Of a DNA stretch of 20,053 bases, positions 9,206 through 16,305 are shown in pieces (the stretch's first letter is position 1; every line of letters starts with the position of its first letter). Under the pieces are notes generated by a model. The model was not told the DNA's origin and did no database searches. It was given only the letters and a program-made list of their open reading frames with translations. The position numbers and the translations under genes are program-made. Origin of the DNA: an uncultured delta proteobacterium (GTDB taxonomy: Bacteria; Desulfobacterota; Desulfomonilia; UBA1062); the NCBI GenBank assembly GCA_963798485.1, contig CAWCTR010000027.1:1-20053 (forward strand). The letters are read 5' to 3'.

Positions 9206-9317
9206 GCTGTTACTTACAGTAATACAGTAATAAGGTATAATCATTTTTTAAGAAGAACGTAAGCTTCCCGGCATGTGTGTTCCCAGGCAGTATAGTATCT
9301 TGGGCAGTGGCAATATC

Positions 9318-9352
9318 AAATCTCCCCTGTCCCCTCTTTAGTAAAGAGGGGA
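9318..9352. repeat. Short palindromic REP-like element
   Basis: Perfect 10-bp stem TCCCCTCTTT-AGT-AAAGAGGGGA (9330-9352), preceded by AAATCTCCCCTG. No U-tract on either side. Confidence 0.45.
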
Positions 9353-9501
9353 ACCTGAATCATCCGGATCCAAGCCAAGTTTCTGCTATGGATAAGAGTG
9401 GGCGCAGCCCGATGTGGTGAAGCCCATTATGACGATGAAGAAAGTTATACCAACACAGAGATGGCGGTGAAGGCTGGTGGAGTATTTCAAATTGAATCAA
9501 T

Positions 9502-9534
9502 AAAAAAAGGGGGTGCCTTGTGAGGCACCCCCTT
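9502..9534 (-). terminator. Rho-independent terminator of the large lipoprotein gene
   Basis: Stem AAGGGGGTGCCT-TGTG-AGGCACCCCCTT. The A7 run on + gives a U7 tail on the - strand, about 40 nt after the stop. Confidence 0.88.
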
Positions 9535-9571
9535 GGGTAAGTACTTTGGATACGTGTGGACTAGATCATTA

Positions 9572-11734
9572 CTACTCTACTAAAGGATCGCCCTGTGTAA
9601 ATACGAACTGGTAGGTGGTTCCTGATAGGAGATGGAAGAGTGATGCCTGCCAGCTAGAGTTATCTGATGGATCTGCTGAGATGGTCCATGCATTCACAGC
9701 CAGATCGAACAAAGATCCACTTGGGCTATTCTGGGTGAGGGTCCACGTGCCATATTCAAAGATCACGCTCGCACCGGTACCCCAGGTTTTGCCTGCTTTT
9801 TTCGCAATAGCGTCAGCATCTAAAACATTTGTTAAGAGTGTGAGGTTCATGAAGTTGGCGCTCCACTCAGGAGTGTAGGATGTATAAGCGTCATCCGTCG
9901 TATCGAGGATATTGAGAGTTGCTGGCGTTTTGAAATTTCCTCCGCTAGTAGCACCACTCGATGTGAGAAGAACTGTGAAGCTGGATGTTAATACCAGCTG
10001 TGATTGGTCAAAGTATTCTTCAGACATGACCTCATTGAAGTTGAGGGCGATGGATGAAACCGGGGTCAGTACATTAGACGCAGGATCTATCGCATCACCA
10101 TACAGGGTGCCTCCGCCGTATGTGGTGGCATTAATTGGATGTCCGCCAGGTACCAAGATCGAGGCGATCCATGGAGGTGTGGTATCCGTTTTGGCAAACT
10201 GTGGGTAAGCCGTAGGATCCTCTGTGCCGATAGTCACCTCTAAGTAATTGCGTACGTGGTGGCCGTGATATCCAAGGATACTGGAATCCTGGATTTTTTC
10301 GCCGAGTGCATGCAGGTAACCATGCTCTTTCTCGCCGGGTGTGCCAATGATCCATGGGACCAGGTTGGCATCGGTCAGGCGTGGGCTGTCTTCTTCAAAT
10401 GCCAAGGTGAATGTGCCGCCGGCCAGAATCTGAACTGTCGCGCCTGGCCATGCTGCTTTCGGATCTGCCTGCCCATAGTTGAAGTTGGTAGACTCAACAG
10501 AAGTAAGCGGTATCGCGGCAAGTTCAGCATTTGTATACAGTGTTGGAGTGACGGACATGGTCGTTGCGTTCACGGCCATGGAAACGGCGAAACTTTTGAT
10601 AATATCAAAGTCTTTAAGTATCCTTATGGATGCTTTGCCATTTGTTGATCCTGCAGAAGTCACCACGACGGTGAAGCACGATGCGAGATCAACAGGGTCG
10701 TTATTGGAGGTGCTGCGGTGATAAGCTGCCATCGGTTCACTAAAGGTAATAACGAAGTTTGTGACATCCGCAGGGGCCAAAGTCGGGAAGAAATCCTTAC
10801 AAAAGACGTTCGTCTGAGAACCCATGTTGACATTTGTGATGTAAGGAACGGTAATGTCTTGAACCGGGTTGCTCCAGATGTTGACCACGATTCCGCTGAC
10901 GTATGTATTGCAGCCAACGGGGCATGTGAGTTCAAGCAATCCGCATTTTTTATCTGCGCAACGGGCAGAAACAACATCTCCTAAATCATCCCAAACATAG
11001 TCGTAGCCTGACTTGACTACCTGGATGGAGTAAGTGCTGTTTGAATCTGATGGATCGAGCGGAGGAACGTTGGAGAAGGTGAAAACGCCATTTGAATCTG
11101 GCGTTGCCTTAGGAGCAACCAGGCTCCCGTATCCGTCATACAGGTACACGGACGTGCCGGTGGGCGCAGCAGCCAATCCGGTTGTCACGTCGTAGACATT
11201 ACCAGTGATGGTGGCCGTGGGCTGGGCAATTTGGAAATTCACAGTAGCAGCAAGACCGTTAACCGGGGTGCTGGCGCCGCTGCCGCTCTCAACAAATGCA
11301 GTTGCATCGAGGGCCTCAGAGCTGATTGCATTGGTGCCGTCTCCAAGGTCGTTGTAAACGACATACGCAGGCATCACCGTTGCATAACCGTAGGTTACGG
11401 CCGTTACCGTGGTGAGGTCACAGGTTACATAATAAGGAGTTGCATCTCCTAATGCTGCCGACTTTCCAATAGCCGGAATACCGGTAAATGAAAAGGCGCC
11501 GGTGGCGTCCGTTACTACCTTGTGCACACCGCCGGAATAAGCAACACTCACCGTAGCGCCAGTGACAGGTGTCTTTAAACAGAAATCAAATACTACACCT
11601 GAAATAGAGCCTGTAGGTGCGAAGACATCAGGGTTCGGGTTCGTCACCGTTCCGCTTTTGTCACCCTCCGCACAGCCTGCTATGAAGAAACCAAGCATAA
11701 GCAGTGCGATCAATACGAGAAACCTCTTTGCCAT
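9572..11734 (-). CDS. Large surface lipoprotein: two carboxypeptidase-regulatory-like beta-sandwich domains plus two Ig-like (Big_5/SbsA-like) repeats
   Basis: Signal peptide MAKRFLVLIALLMLGFFIAG-C (lipobox); Thr/Ser/Gly-rich. GSISGVVFD..TDATGAFSFTGIP matches ATITGNVYD..PDSNGVFTFSNVP, and DITVPYI..ITFSEPM..LTDANLVPW matches DTTPPWI..LNFNEVM..LFDLAVNAW. SD GAGGAGG. Confidence 0.85.
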   Translation of the reverse strand: MAKRFLVLIALLMLGFFIAGCAEGDKSGTVTNPNPDVFAPTGSISGVVFDFCLKTPVTGATVSVAYSGGVHKVVTDATGAFSFTGIPAIGKSAALGDATPYYVTCDLTTVTAVTYGYATVMPAYVVYNDLGDGTNAISSEALDATAFVESGSGASTPVNGLAATVNFQIAQPTATITGNVYDVTTGLAAAPTGTSVYLYDGYGSLVAPKATPDSNGVFTFSNVPPLDPSDSNSTYSIQVVKSGYDYVWDDLGDVVSARCADKKCGLLELTCPVGCNTYVSGIVVNIWSNPVQDITVPYITNVNMGSQTNVFCKDFFPTLAPADVTNFVITFSEPMAAYHRSTSNNDPVDLASCFTVVVTSAGSTNGKASIRILKDFDIIKSFAVSMAVNATTMSVTPTLYTNAELAAIPLTSVESTNFNYGQADPKAAWPGATVQILAGGTFTLAFEEDSPRLTDANLVPWIIGTPGEKEHGYLHALGEKIQDSSILGYHGHHVRNYLEVTIGTEDPTAYPQFAKTDTTPPWIASILVPGGHPINATTYGGGTLYGDAIDPASNVLTPVSSIALNFNEVMSEEYFDQSQLVLTSSFTVLLTSSGATSGGNFKTPATLNILDTTDDAYTSYTPEWSANFMNLTLLTNVLDADAIAKKAGKTWGTGASVIFEYGTWTLTQNSPSGSLFDLAVNAWTISADPSDNSSWQASLFHLLSGTTYQFVFTQGDPLVE

Positions 11735-11825
11735 ATCTTCCTCCTCTATTTAATCTTTTTTTATTTTTTTCTTTGGGACCGTAACACCCAAATACTTAGC
11801 ACCACATCTTAATATGTCAGAAACT

Positions 11826-11853
11826 ATTATAGAGCGACCCACCCTTTTGTCAA
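11826..11853 (-). promoter_or_regulatory. Consensus sigma70 promoter for the surface lipoprotein
   Basis: On the - strand: TTGACA (11853-11848), 16 nt, TATAAT (11831-11826). Confidence 0.8.
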
Positions 11854-11988
11854 CAAGGAAAACAAGGAATTGTATGGTTTTTGAAGACCCTGCAGCATGA
11901 GCCGTACACAGAAGCCCCGTTGCACCCATTGATAATCGGATATTATTCCCTCTCAAAACAATCCTGTCCATAGAATAGTTGCCATTTA

Positions 11989-12004
11989 AGCAACATGTAT
12001 GCCA
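11989..12004 (-). promoter_or_regulatory. sigma54 (-24/-12) promoter
   Basis: On the - strand TGGCATACATGTTGCT has exact GG-N10-GC spacing. An IHF-like site AAACAATAAGTTG lies at 12022-12034. Confidence 0.7.
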
Positions 12005-12214
12005 TTAACAAAAACAATAAAAAACAATAAGTTGAAATTATAAGATATCGTCTTTGTTGAATTTCAGCCACAAAAGGGTGGACTTGTGCACACATCCGGA
12101 TCGGTTCAGTTGCCTGTCCGGGACCTTTATGAAGCAGGTCACTCCTTGATGTGGAACAACGAGGATTTAGGTGATCCCGTTATTGCTTATGCGTATATCA
12201 TGAGACAATTCCAA

Positions 12215-12342
12215 AAAATCGAAAAAGGGAGTTCTCCTTAAGGAAACGAAGAGTAGGGAGTAGATTGCAGGAAATGAAAAGGGATTACGTTAAGGGGTGG
12301 CACCGGCTAAGCCCTTCGGGCTTGCCGGTGTTCTTTTTCTTG
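12215..12342 (+). ncRNA. Candidate GGA-repeat small RNA (CsrB/RsmY/RsmZ-like)
   Basis: Five GGA motifs spaced 12-15 nt apart, ending in an orphan intrinsic terminator. Possible extended -10 TGAGACAAT at 12201-12209. The 5' end is approximate. Confidence 0.4.
12301..12342 (+). terminator. Rho-independent terminator with no upstream + strand CDS
   Basis: CACCGGC-T-AAGCCC-TTC-GGGCTT-GCCGGTG followed by TTCTTTTTCTT. Confidence 0.75.
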
Positions 12343-12472
12343 GCAAACCGAAGGTGACAACGCCCTTCATCTCCGTGGCCGCAGACAGGGATTGATTGGT
12401 TATGTGATATGGCAGCTGGGTACACCCGGTGCTTGCAAAGCGATAGGAGCTCTGATATTACACGGTCCAGGC

Positions 12473-12560
12473 GCCGGAGTGGTGGAACTGGTAGACGCGT
12501 CGGACTCAAAATCCGAAGAGCCTTGCGCTTGTGGGGGTTCGAGTCCCCCCTCCGGCACCA
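12473..12560 (+). tRNA. tRNA-Leu (anticodon CAA)
   Basis: Acceptor stem GCCGGAG/CTCCGGC plus ACCA, D-loop GGAACTGGTAGAC, anticodon arm TCGGA-CTCAAAA-TCCGA, long variable arm, T-arm GGGGG-TTCGAGT-CCCCC. Confidence 0.97.
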
Positions 12561-12578
12561 GTATCTTCCTAAATAATT

Positions 12579-13148
12579 CTATATGGGATGGTTCTTTTCG
12601 AGTATCTCGATCTTTTTTACAAGATACTGGTTTCCAATATCCCCGGAGAGCGTCACCTTCGAATTCTTGTACATGAGGTCTGTAACCTTTATTCCCTCCA
12701 TGGAGAGCTTTATCAAGGGATAATTTTTATGTGAGTTCAGATCAATAAGTTTATTTATTTGCTTTTGGGTCGTACCGTCTGCAGCAAGAAGGCTGTAGTA
12801 CCGGATACTCTTTCTGGCAATATCGTGTCCTTTATTCTGCGCATCCACGAAATTGCCATAGTGTACCTTTAACTGATCAGCGTCTTTCTTTGTCATGACA
12901 ATTATGTGGCCATCAAGGTATTTCAAAGAATCAGGGTAAAGAAAGCGGTTGGCGGTAAAGAGTACAAAGGTATCTTCCAGTGCCCCTGTTTTAATGGCTT
13001 TCACGGAATGGTCTTGTGTCATAATCTCAATGTGGTCGCCCTTATCATTGATGGTCCCGCCTGTCCTGGGTGATGTGCATGCGGCCAGCAGCACAAGCAT
13101 AACCGCGAAGATAGAGAAGATGGGGAAAATGCCTCGGCGTGTCTTCAT
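12579..13148 (-). CDS. Hypothetical lipoprotein
   Basis: 189-aa ORF with SD AGGAGG, basic N-terminus, hydrophobic stretch and lipobox LAA-C. Confidence 0.8.
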   Translation of the reverse strand: MKTRRGIFPIFSIFAVMLVLLAACTSPRTGGTINDKGDHIEIMTQDHSVKAIKTGALEDTFVLFTANRFLYPDSLKYLDGHIIVMTKKDADQLKVHYGNFVDAQNKGHDIARKSIRYYSLLAADGTTQKQINKLIDLNSHKNYPLIKLSMEGIKVTDLMYKNSKVTLSGDIGNQYLVKKIEILEKNHPI

Positions 13149-13364
13149 AATAATATCCTCCTATATATTCATGCGAACTAGATTTTCCCCTAAGAGGTCA
13201 TACCACTGTATATTCAGTTGTATCTTAAGCCAGACACCAGAAGTATGAACCATGAATCCCCAAGGAAATTTCAGGAGAGATATAGTGGGGGTATCATACA
13301 TTGTCAAGCAGGTATTCATTGTACATACCCATAGCAGCTACATACGCAGTGGTTTAAAGTTTAC

Positions 13365-13435
13365 GTAGGAGCGCCTTCAGGCGCGATAAGGTTGTGTGCA
13401 CCCCTGATTCCTATCGCGGCTAAGGCCGCTCCTAC
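13365..13435. repeat. REPIN-like doublet, second copy, inverted relative to 5541-5627
   Basis: GTAGGAGCGCCTTCAGGCGCGA ... TCGCGGCTAAGGCCGCTCCTAC. The spacer shares GGGGTGCACACA with the first copy. Confidence 0.85.
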
Positions 13436-13460
13436 AGGGCCTGTTACCTTAAATAGAGCT

Positions 13461-14066
13461 TCACATGAACGGGTGAATGTGCGGAATAATCCAGATGCCT
13501 ATATTCGCGAGGGCATGCACCACGAAGGGAGCCCAGATATTTTTTCTCCATTCATAGATTGAAGCAAAGAGGATGCCTCCGGTAAGCTGGATCACAGAGA
13601 GATTTCCGTGCATGGAGGCAAAAAGCAGCGACGTGAGGATAATGCACACAGATGCGCCCATCTGCTGCCTCATCCATTCATAGAGCAGCCCCCTGAAAAA
13701 GAGCTCTTCCACAAAAGGTCCGATAAGGCAGCCGATAAAGAGAAAGGATACCCATCGGTCAAGAGGCTGTGGTTGGAGCAGCAGACTCAGCAACCCTTTT
13801 TCCATGAAGATCCGCGAAACAAGGTGGGTGACAAGAACAGAGGCGCCAAAGGCCGCAGCAGCACTGAGCCCGATGGCAAGCTCCTTGGAAAGCGAGGCCG
13901 TTATCAGGCCGCAGAGCCTGTATGAAAAAACAAGGATGACAGCCAACTCGACGAGCCTGGCTGAAAGGGTGTAGAGAAAGCCGTCAACCGGGATGTATCC
14001 CGACAACAGCCTGAACCCGGCTTCTATGAGACATACCGCAAGAATGACGACCAGACGCCTGTCCAT
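13461..14066 (-). CDS. CPBP-family (Abi/CAAX, Rce1-like) intramembrane glutamic endopeptidase
   Basis: Multi-TM protein with motifs GPFVEELFFRG, FASMH and HALAN. The ATG at 14066 (MDRRL) is preferred over 14102. Confidence 0.9.
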   Translation of the reverse strand: MDRRLVVILAVCLIEAGFRLLSGYIPVDGFLYTLSARLVELAVILVFSYRLCGLITASLSKELAIGLSAAAAFGASVLVTHLVSRIFMEKGLLSLLLQPQPLDRWVSFLFIGCLIGPFVEELFFRGLLYEWMRQQMGASVCIILTSLLFASMHGNLSVIQLTGGILFASIYEWRKNIWAPFVVHALANIGIWIIPHIHPFM

Positions 14067-14122
14067 GGATAGATATATATAGGGTATGGAATAAACGCAC
14101 AAGTGCGTCTATACTGGCTGCC

Positions 14123-15994
14123 ATGAAGAGGGTAGTCATCGGCACGGCCGGACATGTGGACCATGGCAAGACATCGCTTATCAAGGCGCTTACCGGTATT
14201 GACTGTGACCGCCTCAAGGAAGAGAAAGAGCGTGGGCTGACCATCGAGCTCGGTTTCGCCTCGCTCGTGCTCCCTGCAGGGGAGCGCGTAGGGGTGGTGG
14301 ACGTACCGGGGCATGTGCGTTTTATTAAGCACATGCTCTCAGGGGCTTCAGGCATTGACCTCGTGCTGCTGGTGATCGCCGCGGATGAGGGCGTAATGCC
14401 CCAGACAAAAGAGCATGTACAGATCTGCGAGCTGCTCGGCATCAAGCGCGGGGTCGTTGCACTGACCAAAAAAGACCTCGTGGATGAAGACCTGCTGGAG
14501 CTTGCCGTCTCTGATGTGCGGGATTATATCCAAGGCACCTTCCTGAAAGAGGCGCCAATTATCCCGGTGAGCTCCACGACGCTTGAAGGTCTGGATGCGC
14601 TCACCAAAGAGCTCGATGCCCAGGTAGCGCTGGTGTATGAGCGGCAATCGACCGGGATACCGGTGCTTCCTGTCGACCGCGTATTCACCATCAAGGGGTT
14701 CGGCACGGTGGTGACCGGCACGCTGAGCCGCGGAACATTCTCTCATGAACAGGAGGTCGAGGTCCTGCCTATTGGCAAGGTTGCCAGGATCCGCAACCTC
14801 CAGGTCCACGATGAAGACGTTGATAGAGCGTTTGCCGGTATGCGCACTGCGGTCAACCTCCAGGGCGTGGGCAACGAAGAGATAGCCCGAGGTGAATGGG
14901 TCGTTCCGGCAGGGGTCTTTGATGCCACCCGTCTGCTCGATGCGAAGCTCAGCCTCCTGAGGAAGCCGGGCAGGGGGGGAATCAGGCTCTATATCGGGAC
15001 AACAGAGGTTATGGGGGATATGAGCCTGCACCGGGTAGACGGCCAGGACATTGGAAGGATAAGGCTCGCTCAGCCGGTTGTGGCCTCATACGGCGACAGG
15101 TTCATCCTTCGGGCCATATCCCCTGCGGCCACTATTGGAGGAGGTATGGTGCTCAATCCTCATCCGGCCAGGCGGTTCTCAGAAGAGGTGACCCGCGATC
15201 TCTTAAGCGATGACCCTTCAAGGCTCATCATCGGTCTGGCAAAGGATGCCGGCATGCATGGTATCTCACGCAGGGTTATCCAGGCCGTGTTCCCCGATGG
15301 GGCGTCCAAGTGGGATAAGCTCATGCAAGGCCTGCTCTCAGCCGGCGAGATCATCAAGTTCGATACGGCTGGTGAGCTCTTTGTCCATGCATTTTACCAG
15401 GCCAGGCTAAGGCAGGCCCTTATATCGCGCGTTAAGGAATATCATACAGCAAACCCGTCGTCGCCCGGCATATCAAGAGAGCATGTAAGGATGTCCGTAC
15501 AGGGCGGCGTGGAGCAGAAGCTGTTCCATAAGGTCTTGCAGGATCTTGTGAAAAGTGGCGATCTGGTAGAGTCGGGGCCTACCATTTCAGCCGCCGGGTT
15601 TTCTGCATCCATGGCTGCCGACCGGAGCGAGTTGGGCGGAAAAATAACCCAGATCCTTGAGCAGGCCGGATTTGAGCCGCCAAAGATCTCCGAACTTTCT
15701 GAAATACTTCATGCCACCAGTAAAGATATCACTGAAATTCTCGGCTTTCTCAGCCGAGACCACAAGGTCGTCAAGATTAAAGACGATATGTATCTGTCCA
15801 GGCAATATGAAGAGATTCTCAAGAAACACGTAGGAGAGTTTATCCTCAAGAACCAGTCCATGGGGCCGGCTGACATGAAGACCGTCATCGGTTCGTCACG
15901 TAAATATGCAATACCCTATTTTGAGTACCTGGACCGTATCCGTTTCACCATGCGAGTGGGAGATGTCCGTAAACTTGTAGTTACAGCGAAGTAA
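14123..15994 (+). CDS. selB: Selenocysteine-specific translation elongation factor
   Basis: GTAGHVDHGKT, DRLKEEKERGLTIELGF, DVPGH, ADEGVMPQTKEH, PVDRVFTIKGFGTVVTGT. C-terminal winged-helix region ends SRKYAIPYFEYLD..TMRVGDVR. 623 aa. Confidence 0.97.
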   Translation: MKRVVIGTAGHVDHGKTSLIKALTGIDCDRLKEEKERGLTIELGFASLVLPAGERVGVVDVPGHVRFIKHMLSGASGIDLVLLVIAADEGVMPQTKEHVQICELLGIKRGVVALTKKDLVDEDLLELAVSDVRDYIQGTFLKEAPIIPVSSTTLEGLDALTKELDAQVALVYERQSTGIPVLPVDRVFTIKGFGTVVTGTLSRGTFSHEQEVEVLPIGKVARIRNLQVHDEDVDRAFAGMRTAVNLQGVGNEEIARGEWVVPAGVFDATRLLDAKLSLLRKPGRGGIRLYIGTTEVMGDMSLHRVDGQDIGRIRLAQPVVASYGDRFILRAISPAATIGGGMVLNPHPARRFSEEVTRDLLSDDPSRLIIGLAKDAGMHGISRRVIQAVFPDGASKWDKLMQGLLSAGEIIKFDTAGELFVHAFYQARLRQALISRVKEYHTANPSSPGISREHVRMSVQGGVEQKLFHKVLQDLVKSGDLVESGPTISAAGFSASMAADRSELGGKITQILEQAGFEPPKISELSEILHATSKDITEILGFLSRDHKVVKIKDDMYLSRQYEEILKKHVGEFILKNQSMGPADMKTVIGSSRKYAIPYFEYLDRIRFTMRVGDVRKLVVTAK

Positions 15995-16015
15995 CGATCA
16001 GCTTTATTAATATAA

Positions 16016-16123
16016 CTACTTTCGTGGTATCATCTTGCGGATCAGCACAGCCCTGTCTTTGAGTTTGAGCTTCCAGTAGAGCGGACTCAGAATAAGGGTT
16101 TTTATAAGCTCTCTCTTATTCAT
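16016..16123 (-). CDS. Small basic hypothetical protein (35 aa; 44 aa if started at the ATG at 16150)
   Basis: MNKRELIKTLILSPLYWKLKLKDRAVLIRKMIPRK, lying directly downstream of a sigma54 promoter. Confidence 0.55.
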   Translation of the reverse strand: MNKRELIKTLILSPLYWKLKLKDRAVLIRKMIPRK

Positions 16124-16161
16124 ATGGTTGGCTTTATTCACCTCTTGCATAACATTGAACA

Positions 16162-16268
16162 TGCTTAAATCATGCCAGCAAATAAAATGCGATGATTTAT
16201 CAATGATATATGCGGGAGAAGAAGGGAAGAGAGACCGGGAGAGAGGAAAAGTGACGGATTTTTTGACA
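16162..16268 (-). promoter_or_regulatory. sigma54 promoter with IHF-like site and putative enhancer (UAS)
   Basis: On the - strand CTGGCATGATTTAAGCA (16178-16162) has GG-N10-GC spacing. TATCAATGATATA (16198-16210) is IHF-like. TGACG-GATTTTT-TGACA (16252-16268) lies about 100 bp upstream. Confidence 0.6.
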
Positions 16269-16305
16269 TACATTCATTGGGTGAGCAGATAATGAGAAGA
16301 GAGGT

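Noticed and set aside
11750-11971. 73-aa - strand ORF starting just after the sigma54 promoter
   Set aside because: No SD and no recognisable features, and it runs through the consensus sigma70 promoter and the poly-A enhancer. It is more likely leader sequence, though not fully excluded.
12086-12096. GTGCACACATC shared with the REPIN spacer at 5581-5591
   Set aside because: An 11-nt match without REP arms. Chance or an unrelated operator is as likely.
12298-12312. TGGCACCGGCTAAGC, a GG-N10-GC match upstream of the tRNA
   Set aside because: It lies within the terminator stem and lacks the TTGC element, so it is probably coincidental.
12343-12365. GGCAAACC...GAAGGTGAC resembling a c-di-GMP-I riboswitch P2 (GGCAAACC also occurs at 3-10)
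   Set aside because: The GAAA-capped stem and the following GACGCAAAGC/P3 elements are absent.
12285-12676. ORFs 12285-12509 (-) and 12392-12676 (+)
   Set aside because: They overlap the tRNA-Leu gene and are spurious translations.
13229-13247. CACCAG similarity to the tRNA 3' end as a possible attR
   Set aside because: Only about 6 matching bases, too short to support an att duplication.
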